Below, piece by piece: positions 38,778 to 52,390 of a DNA stretch of 64,000 nt. Origin of the DNA: Kudoa neothunni (Eukaryota > Animalia > Cnidaria); contig OZ199838.1 of assembly GCA_964304625.1 (NCBI GenBank), positions 8,019,550-8,083,549 on the forward strand, given 5' to 3'. The notes beneath the pieces were generated by a model that made no database searches, was not told where the DNA came from, and worked only from the letters and a program-made list of their open reading frames with translations. Position numbers and translations under genes: made by a program. Each line of letters begins with the position of its first letter. Within the stretch, counting starts at the first letter, position 1.

Positions 38778-39927
38778 GGATCACATTCGATTTGGACCCC
38801 CCCCCCCCCATAAAAATTTCCAGTTTTAATGTTTAGTAATTAATACTTTAATGTGTGCACCGTCCCTTTATAATATTACTGCATTCGATAGATTAAGCCG
38901 ACAGAGTATATTATTTAAGGGTTAGCGACCGCTCATCGTTACTTCTGTCGCGAATAATTTCACCAAACAGGTCTTTTGATAATATTTTTAGCAATGATGA
39001 ACACACCATCCGTTATCTCATCATTATTGGTATATTCAAAGCACCAAATAACTGTATAAGTGTCATGGTAACGACCATTGTATACATTGAAAATTTGGCG
39101 ATGCAGTTCGAAAACTTGTAGAAAGGAAACTTCAATTTTTGATTCGACATTTTTTAATAATATGAAAATTAAACCCCATGATTTTTTTGAGTTATCATAT
39201 TACTGGTTGGTTGGTGTTAAAACCATTAACCTGGGCACAATTACCGGACATTCCTCCCAAACAATAACTAACTATTGTCACTTTCTTCACCAGTTGGTAG
39301 CAGATAGTTTAGACTTTGAGGATATAGTTATTGGGGGAGAAAACGTAGCTGTAGAGATCGATGAGTCTAAATTTGGCAAGGTGAAGCATAACAGGGGGCA
39401 TAGCGTTAATGGAGCCGGGGTTCTTGGAGGTGTAGAGAGGACATCAGAACGAAGGATGTTTCTGGTAGAGGTTGCCGACAGAATTTCCGAGACTTTTACC
39501 AAATAAATTAAAACGTACGTCCATCCTGGCTCCATTATCGTAACTGATTGTTTCAAAAGTTATGGAACATTACACAATTTCTAAACTCACCTCACTGTGA
39601 CTCACAGTATAGAATATGTGGATTGTAACACAGGAGCCCATACAGACACCATTGAGGGTACTTGGGGTGCTATCAAATATAAAATATCGCCAAGGGACAG
39701 GACGTCTTTGGTTAATGAACAAGGTTCCGTCAGTATGGATGGTATTAATGAATTTCTCGGTAAATTCCAATGGAGGAAAAATAATCACGATATATGGGCC
39801 AGCTCTGTTGCATCGTTAAAAAATTTTAATTTTCTATCAGTTAAATTTGTATTATTGTTGTTTTTTTTGTCGCGTTAATCCTTTGTTAAATCGATATTAG
39901 GGGGGTCTATATCAAAGTTCTGCCTGA
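38778..39927 (+). mobile_element. Merlin / IS1595-like transposon (transposase with stop/frameshift, ~38940-39840)
   Basis: WRCSSKTC, VEIDESKFGKVKHNRGH, VLGGVER, HTDTIEGTWG; degenerate TIRs gatttggacccccc / ggggggtctatatc. Confidence 0.85.
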
Positions 39928-41477
39928 TATTTCTTAACAATCGCATAATACATACACAAGATGTTTTTGATTCAGAAATATAGTTTTTCTCTCTATCGAA
40001 AAATACGACGTATGTCTTACAGCCATCTGACCTGGAAATAATTAATTGTCTGAAAAGCAGACGTAGTAAAATACTGTGAAATCATATGACATTATCCAAA
40101 GATTCGCCATTGTCAAAATATATTTTACAAGACTCCATCTAAACTCTTCAAAAGGCGCCCCTCCTGAGATTATCGTAAATAATTGTAGAAAATATTTTGT
40201 TTAAGTGATAAAAAATGAATGTTTGTGTTACGTTTATGGCTACTATCATAGTGCAAGTTTATATCGAAGAAAATGATGTTGGCATGACCATTGATCAAAG
40301 AAACCTTTTAGTATAACAAATTTTTTTAGGCTGAGAACTGAAATTGGGAGACGGGATATGATGACACTAATCAAAGAGTCTCTGTAAAGGAGACGACATA
40401 CTTTGTAAATATTTGAAGATTGAATTCATGCAATAAGACCTCTTTAGATTATTCGATTTTCATCCAATATTGACTCATGTATCAAAAATAGTTTTAAAAA
40501 AGTCGCACACTTAAATATATCCTTGTTTACATTATTTTATACTTTTGGTTCATAATTTATCTGGAAAGTGTGAATTTTCTTTTTCAGAAGCTAAAACTCT
40601 TGGTGCAGTTTATTAGACTGTGGAGTTCTGACTGGTCAGGTCGGTGGTCGGTCGATGAACGCTGAAGATACCGCAGTGAATAATATGCAATCCCTCACCT
40701 TATCTTTCTACGTTATCGTGGTAACTTATTTTGTTAACACAATCTCGAAACGAACACTACTCCCGAACCATACCATTCTAAATTCAAGAAAGTTTGTTGT
40801 GTGGGGTGTTCGAATCATATTTTTGTTGCCGATATACGTCCATGACGATTCAGAACGTCTCATCTGACCCTTCCTACTGGACTGAGCTATAACTGAAGGC
40901 ACATCACATTAATAGCGAGCATACATACACTCTACATAAAGGTTTCATTATGAAATAACGAAGCATAGTGCTGAAGCAGCGGTCTCACCGGTGGCGTTTT
41001 GAACTAGCGACCTTAAGATTTGTAGTTAAAATAGACAACAAACCTATGACAACTTTCCGACAAACTTTTGTTAGATATTTCCATTATTCGGTCGAAAACA
41101 ACGGGACCTGTGGGTTTCTGACCACTGTGCTAGTTCAAAATAGTAGAGTAAATGAAAATTAAGATTCAAAGAAACGTGGTTATATTATTAATTTTGTAAA
41201 ACTAAATTTTCCCTCACGCTCAGATTTGTAGTACGTTAACCAATCAAATATCTTTTTGGTCTGAACCAAGCAAAGCGTCGGCATTTGCTATAAAAGCTTA
41301 AATCCCATAAGTGAGGTCGCTGTTTGTTTAATCTAATTAAAGTATGTAAGGATACATTAAATCGCTTAAGCATGCAAAATACCACACTGAAAAGAGAAAA
41401 TAAAACTAGTAATTTATAGTAGAAAAAATGAAGCAATACAAAATTCTAAGGACATTTTACAATTGTGGTATAAATTA

Positions 41478-42238
41478 CTAAAACGGCAGAATAGATCTTG
41501 CTGCGAATAGTTGTTTTCCAAACGCATTCAATACAAAATTCACCTTGCTGCCAATGTTTGCTAGTCGATTTATATAGCTAGGAATATGCATGCCAGTAAT
41601 GGTCTAAGAATGCTATCACAGTTTGGAATGAAATAACGAGTTACATAACAAAATTCATCGGAAAAGTGGTTGCAGTTTTGATTTATAATGTGATAATTTT
41701 GACCATTGTATTTTATCCCTAGAATTAGCACTAATTTTTTGACGTCAGTTCTAGACATTTTAGTAAATCCAATAATGATTGTTTCTCTGTGAAAAAATTC
41801 AGGAGGAATTTCATACAATCATTATACTTGTGTTTGAATGGGAATCCATATTGATCAAGACTTAGAGGAGGAAAATCACCGATTCCAGTGTCTTCTGTAT
41901 CGTGACCACAGTATGAATATTCTAATAAATAGTATTAGCATAGGAACAAACGACGGAATATTAAAGTCTTCAAGAATAACAGCAAAATACTTAAATTTCA
42001 ATTTAAAAATCATCACCCTTATCATAAACCTCAATTGAAGAGTGATAGATTTTAATATTTAAAAACTTTGGAACTTTATCATCCACGTCCTGTAAAAAAA
42101 TGTAAAACAAGGAATATGCAACGCATTTACAATTGTATAAACATGAAGATAAACAGGAATGGCCCCATCAGACTTATTATAGTTAGTATAAGATACCACC
42201 CTTTTTCCAAAGCAAGAGCCAAAAACAAATCGACTCAT
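41478..42238 (-). CDS. DESI2: PPPDE / DeSI family desumoylating-deubiquitinating isopeptidase (3' end uncertain)
   Basis: Spliced translation PVYLHVY..IYHSSIEVYDKEYSYCGH..YHIINQNCNHFSDEFC..IPSYINRLANIG; catalytic His and Cys present; four GT-AG introns in phase. Confidence 0.85.
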
Positions 42239-43131
42239 AGGACTCCCGGAAATCGGTTGTATTCGACACTTAATCCAACGAAATTTATTTAATTAATTGT
42301 TTTTGTTGTTTTCATATACCTAATACCATTAGGTAACCATATAATTAAGATATAAAATTTATTTATTTAATAATTTTTTAATAATATGAATAGAACAAGC
42401 AAAACTACCACGTCGTGGTGTCATGATTATATGAAAGCCTTATCTAGCCACAACCTGTTTTGCTAATACGTCTTATTAATGTATAGTCTATTCGATAACA
42501 CATTATAGTTTAGTTGAATAAACCGTGAATATGTATATTTTAAGACCACCGCAAATATTTTAACGCCGCATTTCGTTGTGCCCATTCACAATTGATTTGT
42601 TCGATAATCCTGAGGTGTAAATTTCTTTATTTGAACCTGATATTGATTCGATTGGGTAATAGATTTTTAATCGACTTATGGTTGATTTCAAACATATTGG
42701 TATTGTTATATGGTTTATTCACGTTAAATGAATCTTGGGAATTAAATCTATATATTAATATTCAATTATTGAAAAAAATTTAGATATACCTTTTATCAAA
42801 TCAATTATGTATATAAAAATTATATATATTGTTAAAAATCGTGTTGTGTTAATATAGCTACAATAAATTCAAAATAATGCCATTAGTTAGTATTAAATTA
42901 AACAATAGCAGTCATAATTAGAGTCATTATTGCGTCTGATCTCTAAAATCGGCAAACTTATACGTATATATACGTTTACATGATGACGCATTCCTAATAT
43001 ATATCTAAATTAGATGTTGAAAAATTATATTAATTAACTTTGCAGAAAACTGTACAGTGTTAGAAACCCTTATTTAACGCAGGCTTGATCAGTGTGGGGT
43101 TCACTGTAATCTATCTGTATATATATATATA

Positions 43132-45263
43132 CAGTCAAGCCCCGTTTATCCGGAATTCGTTTAACCGCAATCCGAAACAACTTTTAGCTGGAATTTTCGG
43201 ATAAAGTGCTCTTCGCGCGTGCGTGTGTACATTTTTATATGTTAAGTACGACTAAATATAGCGTTAATACAACTTTATTTGAGACGTTTTCGGATACGCT
43301 TATAATTAATTTACATAAAAAATTGTATTACATCAAATTAATGAATTTTTATTCAAATTTAATGAATCATTTTATAACTGGTTTGAGTATAAGATAGTCT
43401 AACGCCGCGCAGTTTAGAAATGTCAACAATGCATGACCAAAAGCGTTCAAGAATTGTTTTAAATCCAAGCGATAAAGCATTTATCTGTAAAATAAAAGTG
43501 AATAATCCAAAAATGACTCTATCCGAAATATCGCATGCTTTTTACAAGGAGAAAAGATTGAAAATTGGGATAAGCACTATTGCAGATATTCTACGCAACT
43601 CCAATAAATGGAATATTATGGAATCTTCGAATCGCATGACATCTCGGGCGGTAAACATGACAAATTTGAAAAGGCCCTTTACTTGTGGATAAATCAAGTT
43701 AATGCACAAAACGTGTGGATTAATGGGAATATTATTGTGGAAAAGGCAAAAGAATTCGCCACAAAGCTCGGAATAGAGAATATTTCCTTTTCTTCTGGAT
43801 GGCTTCATCATTTTAAGAAACGACATGAAATTTCGTCTAAATATGTCCGGGAGAAGCCGGTTCCGTGGTCATTGAAGATGTCGAGAAAGCAAGAAATGAG
43901 CTTAAAGTCGCCTTAAAATCCTACTCTAAAAATGATATTTATAACGCGGATGAAACCGGGTTATTCTATCATCTGGGGCCAAACAGAACTCTTTCAAGTT
44001 TTCACCGATCTGGAACCAAAAATTCGAAAGATCGCATCACCATACTCTTTTGTGTGAATGCGTCCGGCACACGCAAATTAAAACCTTTAATGATTGGGAA
44101 ATCCATGAAACCACGATGTTTCAAACATTTTGACCCAACACATTACGTGACATACAACTCCAACACAAAGGCATGGATGACCTCCATTATTTTCGAAGGT
44201 TTTTAAAATAATTTAAATTACTTGATGAAGTCCCAAACAGGCACATTCTTCTGTTGCTCGATAATGCAACAAGCCATAAACATGCTGACCTCTCTAATGT
44301 AAAAATTATGATGTTACCTCCAAACTTAACATCCCACTTGCAACCTCTTGATGCTGGAATAATCAAGTCATTCAAATCAAAATATAGAACGTTGGTTACC
44401 AAAAAATTTATTGAGCAAATGGAAGATGATAAACTTAATATAAATTTACAAGATGCAGTAAGATTTACTCATGAATCATGGGATTCTGTTTCTCAGAGTA
44501 CCATTCAAAATTGTTGGATTCATACTGGAATAGTTTCCGGTAAAGAAGCCATCCCACCTAGTCATTCCACTAATGATGATTCACTAAATGATCTTCTAAA
44601 AGTTATCCCTGCATGTCGTTACCAATGTGCTAGAGAATATGTAGACTGTGGCAAGGAATTAACAACGGGTGAAATTATTACTGAGGAAGAAATTATAGAA
44701 ATTATAAAATATGATGATAATAATAATAATGGTGACGATAACTCTATATCATATGAAGATCCTGAAGTAGAAATCCAAGTTATTAGTGATCGAGAAGCCA
44801 TTACAGCTATTACCACTACCATAAAATACATTGAACAACCCAGAGTTCATGGCTTAGAAAATGAGAGAAAATTAAAAGACGAATTAGTAACACTACTAAC
44901 CCGATTCAAACGAAATGTGGAATGGTCTAATTTCGGAAAATTGAAACAAACACTTATAACCGATTATCTAAATAAATAAATAAATACATTATCATGTATA
45001 ATTATATATAAATTAATCTGTCGTAATTTCTCAACATGTTATTGTCTATGCGTTATTACTTTTGTATTTTTTTAAATCTATTTAAAATATCTCTTTCTTC
45101 AGAATAAATAAAAAGGCGGAAGCATTGATTAATATGGTTTTACGAACGAAATAATATTTAAGTTGTGCGCACGCGTACTCACCGAACCTCGTTTAACCGA
45201 AACTTCAGCATCCGAAAGAAAAATGCCAGGTCCCCAGATTTCCAGATAAACGTGGTTCGACTG
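43132..45263 (+). mobile_element. Tigger/pogo transposon (DD29D), frameshifted transposase 43420-44979
   Basis: TIRs cagtcaagccccgtttatccggaa / ttccagataaacgtggttcgactg with TA flanks. CENP-B HTH (FSSGWLHHFKKRH), YNADETGL, LDNATSH, LQPLDAG. Confidence 0.92.
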
Positions 45264-45298
45264 TATATACTTTCGAGAATATTAACGATATCACTAAT

Positions 45299-47987
45299 TT
45301 GGATTATGGTTATTTCCGTGATGGTTTAGAGTATACAATCAAGACATCACAAAATCTTGGATTGATACCAAACTATTCTAAATGTTTGTGTGGCGGTCAA
45401 AATTTTTTACTGAAAGAAAAGATACTAATGGTGGATATAAGTATAAATACATTTTATGCAGAAAAAAGACATCTATTTGAAGGGGAAAAATTTTCGAAAT
45501 TTCTAGATTTCCGTTGTGGAAAATCTTCATATTTATCGTTTCGATAATTCAACACCCATCCATGACTCATGACTTATGAGGAAATTCGAAAACGTGTTGG
45601 AATATCATCCAATTCCATCATATGTGAATGGAGAAATGTAATATATGATTTTATGGCCTCTAAATTAGATAAGGAATCTTCGAAAATTGGCGGACGGGGA
45701 GTTATCATTCAAATTTATGAGTCCGCCATATTTACAAGAAAATACAATGTGGGAAGGATTCCTCGTAATCAACAATATTGGATGGTTGGTGGTATCGACG
45801 AGAGTGGGAATTGTTTTTCGCGCTTAACCCAGCGAAGAAATAAAGACATCCCTGAAAGAATTATCCTTGACAACGTCGAAGAAGAGTCGATCATTTGGAC
45901 GGACGGTTGGAAAGGATATCGTAGCTTGGCAGAGTTGGGTTTTATGCATGGGGTAGTTATTCACCGAAGGAAGTTTGTTTCCTCTAAGGAAAGACATACA
46001 GTAATGTTTCGATATTGCGTAACAATTCGGGACCGGGAAAAAATTACGCAATATCGAGACATCCACGCACGCATACTGTTTACTATTTTAACGTTTCTTA
46101 CGAAAGAACTCACCAATTTTATGGGTTTTGGTTCTATTACTAATAATTTCATGTACAACACCCATAACTGGACGCAGAGAAAACAGGGTTTTAGGATTAT
46201 CGATGATAAACGCTTTTCTTAATGTATTAATTGCACTTTTTAATTGAGATGTTGCGGCGAATTCATCTTTTTGTTCAAAATCAGGATCTTCACTACACAC
46301 AGTGACTTTACACTGCTCACCCTCATCTAGATGTAATTTTTAAAATTCTTCTATGTTACCTTCTAATGTTATTTCATCCTCGCATTCGATTAAAATTTGC
46401 TTATCTTAATTTTTCAATAGAAATAGTCGATAATATACTTTTGAAAATAGGCAATTTATTAAAACAATTACCAATAATTGATACCGTAACCATTTCCCAA
46501 GCCAATTTTAGAGTATTTAAACAATCGAGCACAGTTTATTTAAATCTATCTTGGTCATCCTCTTCAAATATAATATCTTGGCATAATAGTTTTCTATAAT
46601 TTTATTTTAAACTATGAATTATTCCCAGATCCATTGGTTGCACCACACTGGTAATGTTTTTCGGCAGAAATAGAAGCTCGATGTTTTCCAAATTATCGAT
46701 CGATTTTGGATGAGATGGGCATTGATCCAATAAAATTAAAACCTTTCTGTTTTCTTTAATGAGATTATGGTTCATCTCTGAGGACATTCAGTCATTCGCT
46801 TGGGAATGATACTCAATTGGAAACTCTTTAATTCCCTTAAAACAGCGAGGTTTCTTAAATTTTCCTATTACATGTAATGAAAATTTTTCTCCTGTCATTA
46901 AGACAGCGACCAAAACCGTAACACGCTTTTTGGATTGTTTTACACCTTTTACGTTTTGTTCATTTTTAGTAATGTATGTACGTTGTATCAACTGTTCATA
47001 ATAAAGACCAGTCTCATCCAAATTTAATATGTTTTCTGGGTTGTATCTTGACAAAATCTCGGACGACTTGCCCATCCATTCATAAATACATTTGAAGTCG
47101 GCACTTCCAGCTTCTCCGTGTAATTTATAACTTTTCAGACCATAACGCACCCTGAAATTATTAAACCATCCCTTCTTACATTAAAATTGTTGATTCTAAT
47201 ATCCTGGGAAATAACAGAAACTTTTCGATAATTATTAACCCAGATAATAGTTTATTTTTATCTCGAATTGAAACTATCAAGTTGTAAAGGTTATTTTCAA
47301 GATTTTCATATTTTCCGGGTTTAAATCTTTTTCTAGATATTGCAATACTTGAATTTGTAATTTCATCTTGTTTTGAAAAGATTCTATCAAGAGTAGAATG
47401 GCCTATTTTAAATTACCGAAAAATATTTAGGTTAGAATCACTTGGTAAACCGAAATGTTTTACAATCATAGATTTAGCACCAGCTATAGACTTAAGATAA
47501 TTATAGTAATCAATTATTTTAATTTGATCTTCTATAGTTCTTTGATATCTTACCATGTTTACGATACTGCAACCAATGGATTAAAGGGATTAAAATGTGG
47601 AAAATGAGTTACACAAAATAGCTAGACACAAGGTTTTTCCTATTTTATTGTATATCCGCTTCTTCAAAATAATAATTTCTTTTCATAATAATCCTATTAA
47701 GCATATCGAATATGATTTAATTGTTTAATTTTGTTAATTAAAATGTATAATGCTTATCTTTCTTAAATTACGCAGTGTCGAGTCACGCAATATCGAGGCA
47801 CGACTGTACTAACAAAATTGAATCTACCTGGACCTGGGGGTCTGTTAAGCGTAAATATCGGAACGCAACAAATAAAAATCCAGAGCTTCTTCGTCATTAT
47901 GTGGCCGATTTTATGTATCGAAGAAAATATTCCGGCAAAGAATTATCAACTTTATTTAAATATATAATGATTAACAATATAATTTAA
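45299..47987 (+). mobile_element. Merlin / IS1595-like transposase pseudogene split by a pogo insertion
   Basis: WMVGGID, IWTDGWKGY; the H-T-N-K-I-E-S-T-W motif is split at a duplicated TA (45997-45998 / 47807-47808). Confidence 0.85.
45999..47806 (-). mobile_element. pogo-like transposon (DD31D), decayed, nested in Merlin
   Basis: TIRs cagtaatgtttcgatattgcgtaac / gtcacgcaatatcgaggcacgactg with TA TSD. Motifs LNLDETGL, LDQCPSH, VQPMDLG. Confidence 0.9.
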
Positions 47988-48325
47988 TTTTTATGATGTT
48001 TCTGAAGTTTGTCTATTTTACCCGAAGCGAGACACAGTCACTGTAATTTAGCCTTTTTATCATATAATCACAAATTTTACAGTATCGAATTTAACTATAC
48101 AGGTTTTTATAGGTTTTAAGCATGAATAGTTTAAAGGCGAGAAGACAACCACGTACTCTGAAAATATATTTTCTTAATTTTCTTGGAGCTGATGGGTTTT
48201 TTCAATAATTAATCAACATTTATTTTCAATAAGGAAATAACTTAAGGCAGATTATAGGAAGTTATTTTTTAGGAGTAATTCTTACACGTGTGTTTAATAT
48301 AGCATTCGATAAACGTAAAAATGTA

Positions 48326-51300
48326 GGCAGTGTCTATTTTTCCAGACGCGCCTTTTCTCTTAAAACGATAATTCAATCGCTACAATTAAAAAAAAATCTT
48401 TTATAAATGCAGAATATAAATTTAGTTTCATTAATTCAGGGACGAATTTTAACATAGCTAATTTGTATCCATAATTTCCAAATGAAAACACAGTAAAGTA
48501 AAACTATTTGTCCAATTCGTATTTTAAATTTGTATAATTAGGTAAATAATTTAACAAATGATTGATACACCACTAAAAAATAATAAAATTTTGAGTATTC
48601 TACTTTTAAAAAATGTTTGAATATTATATATCGATACTGGTGTTATTTTTATTATTACTATCATCATTATTATAATCAGGATTTCCTTTTTTTCTCAAAC
48701 CTATAATTGTTTGTAATACACCTTTTGGTCTACCCCTCAATTTCACTACTGTTGGCAGCCTAATTCCTATAATTTTATGAATTTAGCAAAATGGACAAAA
48801 GATACACACTCTTCAAAGATGGATTTTTAATTGTGGTATAATCTACAACATTCAAAATCTCCATATCAGTTATTGAAGATGGGGCATTATCATTAATTGC
48901 TTCTAGTATATCCTCATTCTCTATTCGTGATTCCTCAGTAACTAAACATAAGATAAAAATTTTACAAAAGGCATTATCGTTACATGTTGGGATTGAAATT
49001 TCTTGATTGTTTTCGATGACAGATTCAGACGTTAACTTGAACTAAATTAAGTTGATATATGAATAGTGGAAAAAATAGTCACCTTATCCAGAGAATCCCC
49101 ATTGGAAATAAGAGAGATTAATTCTCCTAAAAATTTTTTAAATGAATCATATTGACTCCTTGTTTTTTCAGATCCATTGAAGCTATTTTCTTACAAAGAA
49201 TTTCTAGCTCCCTGTACTGCTTAAAAGCAGAATTCGGAACGGGTCACTGACTCGAGATTTCTGCAATACTTGGCTGCACACAATACAAAAGATTTTTAAG
49301 GTCTGTATTTTTTGTTATTTGAATAAATGTCACGTAATATTCTTTGTGCCACCTCATATTACCAATTTTATCTTCATATAAATCCACGTTCATTATTTTC
49401 CTAGCAGAAATACTATGCCTACATGGTGACTCCTTACTTACGTAAAAACAACCTGTACAACTATTGGGATCAGGATTCGTATAGGGTTCGATATGATTAT
49501 TTATTTCATCCTGCATAATATTATACGCATATGAAGTTAACAATATTTTATATCGACCGTTAATGTCCGAATTTAATTTCTCAACAGTTTGGGTTGTCAA
49601 CTCTCTAACTGCTTTACTCTCACGCTTATTCCTTATACTTGATAAATGAATAAGCAGATCGCTGAATAAGACTTAAATTGTTGAGAATTTTGTTATGACT
49701 TGTTTAATTTTGGAATTGATGCATTCTAATCGATTAATAGTTCTATTAAAAAAAGCACCCTTTAGGTTCATGTATGCCGGGCACCGTTCATGTTTGATTG
49801 GATCCCAAGATTTATTATAATAACTACTGATTTTTTTGTTACATGTCTTATTTAACAATTCATGGTAATTTTCATAAATTTTTGGATCATCGATATAACA
49901 AAACTTTTGAATAAACTCTGAGGCAGTTGTTCTTTCAGGTTTGTATATTCCCATTCTTAATGTAGAGATTTCTCTCCAAATGTTCTTGAGACATCGTACA
50001 GGTAAAGTTTGTGTATACGTTAGAAAAAACAGATTTTATAGAGTTTCTTTCAATCGCTTCTTTATCCGTAATGAAACAAACTGTTTTGGTTGACATTTCC
50101 TCATTATGTTTAAGTAGAGACTGACATAACCAGGTAACAGTCACGATACTTTCCTCAGATAAAAGAGCAATAGCTCCTATTTGACCTTGCCCAAGGGAAT
50201 CGATTTTCAGGCATATATACAATGATATACGACTATTGATTAACTTTAAGTGGCATCCATAAATATTAGTTCGGGAAATTTTTTAATAATGTTTTTCATA
50301 TAAAAGTCTTGGAAAAATATTCCAGTCGTTTCATTGGAATTATTGTGCAATATCTCGATGGTTGCATTTGGGTGAAAATTTTTTATTGAATTATACCATT
50401 CCATAATATCAGACAAAACATTTTTTTTAGTTTTTGGATATAATTATGGATTTTCTTCAATCAAACCTTTTTTTGTGATTGGTTCATAATTTTACTTGTG
50501 CTTTTTTTAAATTTCCATAACAAAAATGAGCATTTTTTTATAAAATTTTTGCTTTCTTTATCTAATTTTCTATTCATTCGTAAAAAATTCCAAAAATGTT
50601 CATTTCTTCTGCCGCTGCGAGTAAGAGACAATTTTCTAATTAATAACATGTTCATATTTTTAGGTACTCACAGTGTAATGAAAAAATTGCAACCACTTTT
50701 ATGGCTATTGATATTTCTCTTCCCAGCACCTTTAGATTGTATCTGAATTCAAATTAATTACATCAACATATATATATATATCGATAATTACATTTTTACC
50801 ATCATGAACACAACAAAAAGTGACCTCATAATAAACAAGATCAGAGTTCAAGTCTGTCAATGTTTTTAGGGTAGTCGAGATTTTTCTAGAGTCTCGGGTC
50901 TAGTAACAAAAGTTGTGCCGATTTGAGTACTTATCCATGAATGCTTTAGCCTTTTCAAAATTTGGAAATGCATTTCTGACCTTAGGTTCAGATGTAATAT
51001 CCTGAATTAGTAGTGTTTGATCAGATTCTCCCTCCATAATGATTCTACTCGAGACTATCAACGTTACAACTGCACGCTAAAGATTATTATACTCGTTTAT
51101 GGTGCTGTAACACATAAAATTAGATTAATTACGAAAATAATTTAGATTTATAAAAAATTTAATGTCATTTATATTGATACTTATGAATGAGTTTAAAATA
51201 TCCTCGATGTAGTTTGATGCCTAATTGTTAACTAAAAGATAAATGAAACTAAACTTATATTCTGAATTTATAAAAGATATTTTTTGGAACAAATGATAAC

Positions 51301-51353
51301 GATTGGATTATTACTTTAAGAGAAAAAGCGCGTCCGGCAAAATAGACACTATC
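48326..51353 (-). mobile_element. Second MULE, decayed, ~55 bp recognisable TIRs
   Basis: ggcagtgtctatttttccagacgcgccttttctctta.. inverted at 51300-51353. Motifs FITDKE, TINRLECINSKIK, SWIM CTGCF..PCRH. TSD not clear. Confidence 0.85.
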
Positions 51354-52390
51354 TTGAAAAATATCGATCACAACTTATATGCACAGATTTAGCACCATAT
51401 CGCATCATGCAAAACATCTGGGAGTTTAAATAGAGACATAGATAATCGAAAAAGATTCTGCGAAAGTTGTAATGCTTCTCATTAGATCAGATTGATTATG
51501 TTAAAATCTGAGAATGAAAGAATTGAATTAGATGTTAATGTCCGATAATTGTTTTAAAAAGCAATTTAATACAAAATCCTATTTATGCACTGGACGGCAT
51601 AAGCTTTAACATTAACAAAAGGGCTTTATAATATGTGCAGGTGGGCGTTACTCCAAAAACCAGATTTGAGTTAAAACTCCGAAATACTAATTAAGGTCAA
51701 GCCATGATATCTGCACTCACGTCATTCATATAATTAAAATTATCATGTTATTTAAGTTATATGAATATTTGTAAAATGATGTTCACATCCGAAATATACG
51801 TATCTGTCACAATTCGAGTAATTAGGAATTTGTTTATTGAAGTAAACAAAGTCAGATCATTATTTAAACATTCGAAGAGGTTTCAAGGTTATAGCAATAA
51901 GTAATCGAAGATTTTTAGGGTTCATGAAAAAAAAAGGTATTATATTTGTTTTACCATTCTCGCTTTAAATCAAATCTTATATTAGACCAAGCTCATGTAA
52001 ACAATGGACGCTCTGTTTAGATTGAGAATTTGTATGCTATAGTAACTTATTAAATTGTAGATGGTGTATGAAACAAATTTGTGTTAGTACTATGCCATTT
52101 TTTACAAATATCTGACGACAATAATAACAATCAAATTGACATAATTTTTAAGCTCAGTTTAATACCTCTAGGAAGAGGTGGATTTATTTGAAAAGGTTAG
52201 TGTTTGTATATACATATATTCTGTGTTAATTTCTATTTTAAGGTGGGATAAGCATTTCCAACCAATATATCCACTAGAATTTAGACTAAAAAGTCTAAGC
52301 CTGACGCATTTACAGTGAGGAATTAATCTCTTTTGAGGAGTAGATGAAAAGTTATAAAGCCTCTTTACCTAAGCTTTGTGTAACACCGAA

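Noticed and set aside
41925-42018. Box C/D snoRNA in DeSI intron (starts GTGATGA)
   Set aside because: The box C look-alike is the splice donor itself, and no CTGA box D or terminal stem was found.
44200-44231. Intron in the Tigger transposase
   Set aside because: The segment translates as the expected helix (EGF*NNLNYLMKSQ), so a point stop plus frameshift explains it better.
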